NCBI GenBank assembly: GCA_035560715.1
Contig: DATMYW010000030.1
Span: forward strand, 1-52,901
Direction: 5' to 3'
Length of the DNA: 52,901 nt
Source: Candidatus Fimivivens sp.
Lineage (GTDB): Bacteria > Patescibacteriota > Minisyncoccia > Moranbacterales > UBA1568
Part shown: positions 37,203-42,802 of the stretch, in pieces
Layout of the letters: the number at the start of each line of letters is the position of its first letter
Position numbering within the stretch: position 1 is the first letter of the stretch
The notes under the pieces: model-generated
The model's database searches: none
Seen by the model: only the letters and a program-made list of their open reading frames with translations
Told to the model about the DNA's origin: nothing
Translations under genes and position numbers: made by a program

Positions 37203-37268
37203 GCCAAGAAGTACTTTTTACAATCCGCATCAATCACCCGAAACCTTTTCAAAACAAAGGAGCGTAAC

Positions 37269-38156
37269 ATGACCACGACCAAACCGACACCGATCCTCAT
37301 TTCCGGCCTGCCGGGAAAAATGGCTACCCTGGTAGCGCAGGCGCTCATCCGCGACAACCGCTACCTGGTCGTTCCACACGCACTCGTCGGTCTGGAAACC
37401 ACCGACCCCGAAATCTTTCTCGAGCTCCACGACAAGCTGGGGCCGATGACGCGAATACCGTTCGAAACCGTGTATGCGCCTGGCAGACCAAATTACCTCC
37501 AGGAGCTGAAGTCGCGATACCCGGGACTCATCATCGTGGACTATTCCGTCCCGTCGGCCGTGAATACGAACGCCGAGCTGTTCTGTGACGCCGGTATCCC
37601 CTTCGTCATGGGCACGACCGGCGGCGACCGCAAGGCTCTCCAACGCACCGTCGAGCGATCGGGGGTTCCGGCCGTCATCTCCCCGAACATGTCGCCGGCG
37701 ATCGTCCTCTTGCTCTCGATGTTCGAGTATGCCGCCATGACCTTCCCCGATGCGCTCAAGGACTTCTCGCTCGAGATCATCGAGAGCCACCAGGCTGGAA
37801 AGAAGGACAAGAGCGGAACCGCAAAAAAGATTGGGGAACTCTTCGGACAGCTCGGAGTCGACTATCGCGGCGAGGATTCGATCAACGCGATCAGAAACCG
37901 CATGGCACAGCTCGCCATGTGCATCCCGCCCGAATATCTCGACGGCCACGGCTGGCACACCTACCGTCTGATATCGCCGGATGGCAGCGTTATGCTCGAA
38001 TTCAGGCACAACGTCAACGGACGGCAGACCTATGTCGACGGGACGGTCCTCGCCCTCGTATTTCTCATGGAAAAGGTCCGGGAAGCCTGCCTCGGAGTGT
38101 TCACGAACGAACCGACTGATACCTACTTCACGATGATCGACGTCCTGAAAGGATGA
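37269..38156 (+). CDS. dapB: 4-hydroxy-tetrahydrodipicolinate reductase homologue (plant/long type), cassette 4
   Basis: In-frame ATG 37269 with AAGGAG upstream. N-terminal Rossmann ILISGLPGKMA, MGTTGG, catalytic-loop-like ESHQAGKKDKSGTA. Confidence 0.7.
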   Translation: MTTTKPTPILISGLPGKMATLVAQALIRDNRYLVVPHALVGLETTDPEIFLELHDKLGPMTRIPFETVYAPGRPNYLQELKSRYPGLIIVDYSVPSAVNTNAELFCDAGIPFVMGTTGGDRKALQRTVERSGVPAVISPNMSPAIVLLLSMFEYAAMTFPDALKDFSLEIIESHQAGKKDKSGTAKKIGELFGQLGVDYRGEDSINAIRNRMAQLAMCIPPEYLDGHGWHTYRLISPDGSVMLEFRHNVNGRQTYVDGTVLALVFLMEKVREACLGVFTNEPTDTYFTMIDVLKG

Positions 38157-38183
38157 CAACGCGAACCGAAACGACAACGAACG

Positions 38184-38214
38184 AAAGGGATTCCACCGAA
38201 ACGGAATCCCTTTT
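38184..38214 (+). terminator. cassette 4 terminator
   Basis: AAAGGGATTCC-N8-GGAATCCCTTTT. Confidence 0.8.
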
Positions 38215-38230
38215 CTATTTTTCCTCCAAC

Positions 38231-38419
38231 TTTTGCAGGAGCAGGGTTGTACCCTGCTCCGAAACGGTCGGTCTCCCTTGCCAAGCCGGAGCCTCGGCGA
38301 AGGCTGGCTTGCCAAGCCGCAGTCATGGCAAAGGCTGGCTTGCCAAGCCGAATATATGAAGTCGCTCGTAAACCGCGTGGTTCAGGGTGTAACCCTGAAC
38401 CTGCGAGAAACCTGCGAGA
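38231..38419 (+). repeat. MITE-like hairpin element, copy A3 (189 nt)
   Basis: Same layout. Internal 31-nt unit CTTGCCAAGCC..GGCTGG duplicated in tandem (38277..38307, 38308..38338). 11-nt AACCTGCGAGA duplicated at the 3' end. Confidence 0.85.
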
Positions 38420-38450
38420 ATTATCCCAAATCCAAGCCATTTCCGGACAG

Positions 38451-38479
38451 TTGACTGGAAAGCGATTCTTTGCTATAAT
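38451..38479 (+). promoter_or_regulatory. cassette 5 promoter (P1 type)
   Basis: TTGACT, 17 nt (GGAAAGCGATTCTTTGC), TATAAT. Confidence 0.75.
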
Positions 38480-38542
38480 ACACCGTTATAGTAGTCTTTA
38501 CACCACAAACCACCAACCAGGGCCCGGAAAACGGGGAAATCG

Positions 38543-38878
38543 ATGAAACAGATTGAAAGCCTCAAGGAATTCAAAGGGGGGAATTATTATTGTGTCATTA
38601 CTTTCGGTTGGACAGGCAGCGCCGAAGATCAGCAAACTTTCTTCGTCAGAACGGTAAAACAAACAGGGGGTCTCAGCATAACATACGATTCCGGAAAGAA
38701 GGCGGAACTTTCCCCGACGAACCTGAAAGAAGGTCTCGAATCCGGCGCCTATTACTCCTCCAGCAAGAGCGCCTTTCTTAAAGAGGTGAGATCCTTCCTC
38801 TCCAACATGAAAAGGACTCGAAAAAAGCGATCTCGAACAATACATGACTTCGAACAGTTTATTGCGACTCTTCCGTAA
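38543..38878 (+). CDS. hypothetical protein (cassette 5)
   Basis: 111-aa ORF behind the conserved leader. No signal peptide. Confidence 0.6.
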   Translation: MKQIESLKEFKGGNYYCVITFGWTGSAEDQQTFFVRTVKQTGGLSITYDSGKKAELSPTNLKEGLESGAYYSSSKSAFLKEVRSFLSNMKRTRKKRSRTIHDFEQFIATLP

Positions 38879-38916
38879 CAAGAGGAGGCTTAAAAAAGAC
38901 GGCCTTGATCGTATGC

Positions 38917-38946
38917 AAAGGAGCTCCATCCAACCGGAGCTCCTTT
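38917..38946. terminator. cassette 5 terminator
   Basis: AAAGGAGCTCC-N8-GGAGCTCCTTT. Confidence 0.8.
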
Positions 38947-38947
38947 C

Positions 38948-39007
38948 TCATTTCTCCTTCAACCCGAGCTTGTCGATTCTCGATCGGATACTGCCCGGCT
39001 GGCGCCC
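38948..39007 (-). pseudogene. fossil copy H3 of the helicase 3' end
   Basis: Minus-strand read GRQPGSIRSRIDKLGLKEK-stop versus helicase GRQPGSIRSRIEKLGLGEK-stop. Six synonymous and two non-synonymous codon differences. Confidence 0.8.
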
Positions 39008-39039
39008 GATCATCCCTCATCCAAGCCCTTTCCGGACGG

Positions 39040-39068
39040 TTGACTGGAAAGCGATTCTTTGCTATAAT
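39040..39068 (+). promoter_or_regulatory. cassette 6 promoter (P1 type)
   Basis: Box CTCATCCAAGCCCTTTCCGGA at 39016, then TTGACT, 17 nt (GGAAAGCGATTCTTTGC), TATAAT. Confidence 0.75.
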
Positions 39069-39130
39069 GCACCGTTATAGTAGTTTTTACACCACAAACC
39101 ACCAACCAGGGCCCGGCAACGGGTTTACTC

Positions 39131-39724
39131 ATGAATACACGATCCACGTTTCGCGGTTTTCTTATCGGATTCTTTCTTGTTTTTTTGGCCGCGTGCAGCC
39201 AGAAATCAAGCGAAAATCCAAGGGACATCGAGGAGCGGCTTAGGCAGGCTCCGCCGAAAACCTTCCTGATCGACGAAAAAGGGAATGTGACCAAAGTCGG
39301 CCACGTTGCCGCAGAAACGGACGAAATCACGTCCGTTAACACCGATGGGGCATTCGGCACTATGCCAATCCGGACGGCTACGGGAAGGATCGTCGAGATC
39401 GTCGTGCCCGATCACCAGAACTACGCCGCCTACGAGCGCATGTTCCCTGGCTTGCAATCACAGGACATCCTGAGAAAGGCAGGGCAAGGGGCGATCGCTC
39501 TCATGGCTGACGGTTCCGTCATGGTCATCGTCAATCCGACGTATGAGTATGGCATCGCGATGGTCTCGAAATCAATCGGAACGAGACAGACGCTCTCAAC
39601 CGATGACATCGTAGCTAAAGCGGTCAACATCGTCTCTCCGAAAACTCCAGGAAAGGCGCTCAACGGCTATGATGAGCTGTGTGCGACCTACGTCAGCGGT
39701 ACAAGATTGCGACCTCAGAAGTAA
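39131..39724 (+). CDS. lipoprotein L1 (cassette 6)
   Basis: Signal peptide MNTRSTFRGFLIGFFLVFLAAC with lipobox L-A-A-C (Cys22). Confidence 0.8.
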   Translation: MNTRSTFRGFLIGFFLVFLAACSQKSSENPRDIEERLRQAPPKTFLIDEKGNVTKVGHVAAETDEITSVNTDGAFGTMPIRTATGRIVEIVVPDHQNYAAYERMFPGLQSQDILRKAGQGAIALMADGSVMVIVNPTYEYGIAMVSKSIGTRQTLSTDDIVAKAVNIVSPKTPGKALNGYDELCATYVSGTRLRPQK

Positions 39725-39743
39725 CGAGGCCTCAACCAAAGAA

Positions 39744-39769
39744 AAAGGAGCTTCCAACGGAGCTCCTTT
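39744..39769. terminator. cassette 6 terminator
   Basis: AAAGGAGCT-N8-AGCTCCTTT. Confidence 0.75.
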
Positions 39770-39770
39770 C

Positions 39771-39827
39771 TCATTTCTCCCCCAACCCGAGCTTTTCAAT
39801 TCTCGAACGGATACTGCCCGGTTGGCG
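39771..39827 (-). pseudogene. fossil copy H2 of the helicase 3' end
   Basis: Minus-strand read RQPGSIRSRIEKLGLGEK-stop is identical to the helicase C-terminus, although 8 nucleotides differ. All eight changes are synonymous. Confidence 0.85.
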
Positions 39828-39874
39828 GACGAAAGACGGACGGACCTGATCCGACTGAACCCTTTCCGAAAGTC

Positions 39875-39903
39875 TTGACATACGGCACGAAATATACTAT
39901 CGT
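39875..39903 (+). promoter_or_regulatory. cassette 7 promoter
   Basis: TTGACA, 17 nt, TATCGT, preceded by the partial box CCCTTTCCGAA. Confidence 0.5.
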
Positions 39904-39961
39904 ATCGTGAAGCATCTTACCATCATTTTTCCCTAACCTCTGACCGAAACCGGAGACTCTC

Positions 39962-41056
39962 ATGAAACAAGCGGGACCAACCCAACCAGAAAGCGCCATC
40001 ACCGAACTCCAAAAACTGTTTGACGAAGCGTTTATCGCGTTTGAGAACCAGCCCATTACACCGGGAATAGCCAACCTCGGAGGTGCGGAAATCCCGACAC
40101 ATGTCGGAGGTATCGAAATACGGACGATTCAGCCGGGTGAAGACGGATACACGCTGGGAAATACGTATCTGACCCAGATCTGTAACCAGTTCCGGGAATG
40201 GAGTGCTGACGTACGTGAGGAATACCGGAGGCGGGGCGTGGCGCACGTCGCGATACTCCCGCTCTATATCATGCACGAATTCTTCCGGGCCACCGGAAAG
40301 ATCTCCCTACGTCCGACTGAGCGCGATATGATCATGCTCTCGAGACACTGGAAAAAACCGCTTCAGGAATCAGTGTATGATGCCATTGACACGACAGCGC
40401 ATATCATGGGCCTGGCATGTTCCATCGGATTGGCAGCGGGAGCCGGTTACTTGCTGTTCTGGCCCGGAGGACTGAAGGGAAACGTCGACTATTTCAACGC
40501 CCTTTTCCTGAACACGACCAAGGTGATCCTGACGATTGCCGTTGCCATCGGAATGATGTGGGCAACGAATCTGTTCCTCGGTTACATCGGAAAGAAGGCC
40601 GCGGTCAAACGATTCGTAGAACGGGTTTTCCGCTGGAGATTGGGACGTTTCATCCGAACGGAAAGTCGCTACGAAGTGTTTCGCACCGTTCTGGACAACA
40701 GTCGCTACTGCGACGAATCGGACGCCTATTACGAAACCATCGCGTTTCGTGATTATCCGGACGGATTGGAACGGACCCTGTTCGCCGCCGGACGGTCATA
40801 TGTCGCCGCGCATCCGGATGCCATCGGTATCGCAGGGACGTCATATGAACTGTCCATGATTGGATGGAAACAGCGTCGGCCGGAATTCGCGGAACCGACG
40901 GTATCGGGTCCATGCGTTCTCTTCTACCACGAGCGGGAACACGCGACTGACAAACGGCATTGCCCATATGGAATCGTACTCGGCACGATCGGTGAACTCT
41001 CAAAAGAAGATGCCGATATCTTCCGCGGGCTCTTGAACAATGAGCGTCTTGTCTGA
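39962..41056 (+). CDS. hypothetical two-TM membrane protein (cassette 7)
   Basis: 364-aa ORF. GGAG lies 6 nt before the ATG. Central hydrophobic helices IMGLACSIGLAAGAGYLLFW and VILTIAVAIGMMWATNLFLGYI. Confidence 0.7.
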   Translation: MKQAGPTQPESAITELQKLFDEAFIAFENQPITPGIANLGGAEIPTHVGGIEIRTIQPGEDGYTLGNTYLTQICNQFREWSADVREEYRRRGVAHVAILPLYIMHEFFRATGKISLRPTERDMIMLSRHWKKPLQESVYDAIDTTAHIMGLACSIGLAAGAGYLLFWPGGLKGNVDYFNALFLNTTKVILTIAVAIGMMWATNLFLGYIGKKAAVKRFVERVFRWRLGRFIRTESRYEVFRTVLDNSRYCDESDAYYETIAFRDYPDGLERTLFAAGRSYVAAHPDAIGIAGTSYELSMIGWKQRRPEFAEPTVSGPCVLFYHEREHATDKRHCPYGIVLGTIGELSKEDADIFRGLLNNERLV

Positions 41057-41069
41057 ACGAGACCGAACA

Positions 41070-41105
41070 AAAACCCGACGCGTGCAGCCGCGCCCGTCGG
41101 GTTTT
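41070..41105 (+). terminator. cassette 7 terminator
   Basis: AAAACCCGACG-N14-CGTCGGGTTTT. Confidence 0.85.
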
Positions 41106-41135
41106 ATTCTCCTCATCCAAGCCATTTCCGGACGG

Positions 41136-41164
41136 TTGACTGGAAAGCGTTTCTTTGCTATAAG
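41136..41164 (+). promoter_or_regulatory. cassette 8 promoter (P1 type)
   Basis: Box CTCATCCAAGCCATTTCCGGA at 41112, then TTGACT, 17 nt (GGAAAGCGTTTCTTTGC), TATAAG. Confidence 0.7.
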
Positions 41165-41224
41165 ACATCTTTATCAGTGCCTTACCATTTCAACTCAAAC
41201 AAGGTCCCGGCAACGGGTTTACTC

Positions 41225-41806
41225 ATGAATACACGATCCACGTTTCGCGGTTTTCTTATCGGCATCGCGCTCATTTTCCTCGCCGCATGCGGCCAGAAAA
41301 CCGAAACGAATCCGCCGGAGGTCGCGAGGCAAAAGGCCGAGGAGATCCGAAGCGCGACTCCGACGACCTTCGTAAGAAGTTTCGCGGATCACATCGTAAG
41401 GATCACGAACATCGACAAGGACACGTTCACCGCGATCGAGCCCGACGGCACGTTCCGAACTTACGCGATTTCGGCGGCAGCAAAAACGGTCGACGAGATC
41501 ATAAAGCCGGACGACCCGAACTACGCCGACTACGTGCATATGTTCCAAAACGAATCCGTCATCGCGGCGATACACAACGCGGGTCAGTACGCCTTCATCG
41601 TTGCCAAGGATGGGACGATCGGTCAAATAGTCAATAACCCCGCCCCCGCCGCACTCACCGCCAACGTCCGCTGGCATCAGGGAGCAATGATTGTAAAAAT
41701 GGAGATTTCCTCGATCGCCACACGACTTATCGACGTCGTTCCGACAAGTGACATTAGGTACAACACCTTTGCCGGAAAGTACTGCCGCGAAGAAAAGGCG
41801 AAGTGA
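41225..41806 (+). CDS. lipoprotein L2 (cassette 8)
   Basis: In-frame ATG 41225. MNTRSTFRGFLIGIALIFLAAC lipobox (Cys22). The first 38 nt of the CDS are identical to L1. Confidence 0.8.
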   Translation: MNTRSTFRGFLIGIALIFLAACGQKTETNPPEVARQKAEEIRSATPTTFVRSFADHIVRITNIDKDTFTAIEPDGTFRTYAISAAAKTVDEIIKPDDPNYADYVHMFQNESVIAAIHNAGQYAFIVAKDGTIGQIVNNPAPAALTANVRWHQGAMIVKMEISSIATRLIDVVPTSDIRYNTFAGKYCREEKAK

Positions 41807-41824
41807 TTGTCGGCGCGCAACAAA

Positions 41825-41850
41825 AAAGGAGCTTCCAACGGAGCTCCTTT
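41825..41850. terminator. cassette 8 terminator
   Basis: AAAGGAGCT-N8-AGCTCCTTT. Confidence 0.75.
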
Positions 41851-41911
41851 CTCATTTCTCCCCCAACCCGAGCTTCTCGATCCGCGAACGGATGCTGCCA
41901 GGCTGACGGCC
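41839..41911. repeat. 73-bp perfect direct repeat, left copy (contains pseudo 3' end H1, 41852..41911)
   Basis: Identical base for base to 42730..42802 (offset 891). Covers half the terminator plus the stop and last 19 codons of the helicase. Confidence 0.9.
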
Positions 41912-41990
41912 AAAGGGAAATATCGTCCCTCCTCCAAGCCATTTTCAAACCATTTCACAAGGAAATGATAATGTCCCCATTTTCGAACCA

Positions 41991-42019
41991 TTGACGAGGT
42001 AGCTATTTCCTGCTATAAT
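41991..42019 (+). promoter_or_regulatory. cassette 9 promoter
   Basis: TTGACG, 17 nt, TATAAT. Confidence 0.7.
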
Positions 42020-42078
42020 AGACCGTCGCAGTAGTCTTACCAATAACTCTCAACCAGGGCCTGGAAACGGGTTTTATC

Positions 42079-42693
42079 ATGCACACATATTCCACGCTTC
42101 GCCACATCCTCGTCGGATTCTTTCTCGTTTTCCTCGCCGCATGCACGGAGATGACCAATCCGCAGGATGTCGCAACGGAATTCCAGAATAAACTAAAGGA
42201 GGCCCCGATCGGATCCTATGTGATCACCAATTACGGAACATGCCTAAGAATAGAGTCGCGATCTTCCGACCGTGATAGCCTGTATGTCTTTACCGGACGC
42301 GGCTCGATGAGTAAACTCGGGATCACTGCTCTTTCCTACGAGTCCAAAAAACTACTCCTCCCAGGGGAAGAAGGGTATGCGGCTCAGGACAGGAGTTTCC
42401 GCGATATTACTCAAGAATCCCGGATATTAAATGCGCCAAAAGGCACCCTCCTTCTCCGGAAGAATATCTCCAACGGAAGAACGGAAGTCGGTATGATAAT
42501 GGCATCCACCGGCTGCCCCGGTGTCGTGAATGTCTGTTGGAAAAATGGCTCGCAGGCAGAATCTGAACAAGTATTCACGCTTACCAAAACGATCACCTCT
42601 ATCATCACTCCCTCCGAACAGGACTATAAAACGTACATGCTCTTGTTCAATAATGGGAAAGTCTTCCATCCGGAAGGATTCAGAAAAGGCTGA
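42079..42693 (+). CDS. lipoprotein L3 (cassette 9)
   Basis: MHTYSTLRHILVGFFLVFLAAC lipobox (Cys22), behind the conserved leader. Confidence 0.8.
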   Translation: MHTYSTLRHILVGFFLVFLAACTEMTNPQDVATEFQNKLKEAPIGSYVITNYGTCLRIESRSSDRDSLYVFTGRGSMSKLGITALSYESKKLLLPGEEGYAAQDRSFRDITQESRILNAPKGTLLLRKNISNGRTEVGMIMASTGCPGVVNVCWKNGSQAESEQVFTLTKTITSIITPSEQDYKTYMLLFNNGKVFHPEGFRKG

Positions 42694-42713
42694 AATCGAC
42701 GAGGTATGAAAAT

Positions 42714-42741
42714 AGGAGCTCCATCCAATCGGAGCTCCTTT
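42714..42741. terminator. bidirectional terminator shared by L3 and the helicase
   Basis: AGGAGCTCC-N8-GGAGCTCCT followed by TT. Confidence 0.75.
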
Positions 42742-42802
42742 CTCATTTCTCCCCCAACCCGAGCTTCTCGATCCGCGAACGGATGCTGCCAGGCTGACGG
42801 CC
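42730..42802. repeat. 73-bp perfect direct repeat, right copy (functional helicase 3' end)
   Basis: See 41839..41911. Confidence 0.9.

Noticed and set aside
39181-39187. T7 homopolymer in the L1 signal-peptide coding region as a phase-variation switch
   Set aside because: Seven residues is below the tract length usually associated with slipped-strand switching. L2 and L3 lack an equivalent tract.
39796-40074. 92-aa minus-strand ORF over the cassette 6/7 junction
   Set aside because: It is out of frame with the helicase-like remnant and overlaps the cassette 7 promoter and 5' CDS. It has no start context.
26145-42700. Prophage or integrative conjugative element
   Set aside because: No capsid, terminase, portal, tail, integrase, relaxase or type IV secretion motifs were recognised in any frame.
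34450-42802. Integron gene-cassette array
   Set aside because: No intI-like gene is in the window. I found no attC-like imperfect palindromes with RYYYAAC/GTTRRRY cores. Every cassette has its own promoter, and one has a 150-nt leader.
34269-42802. CRISPR array
   Set aside because: The recurring sequences are 700-1300 bp apart, heterogeneous in length and separated by protein-coding genes. There is no short regular repeat-spacer periodicity anywhere in the window.
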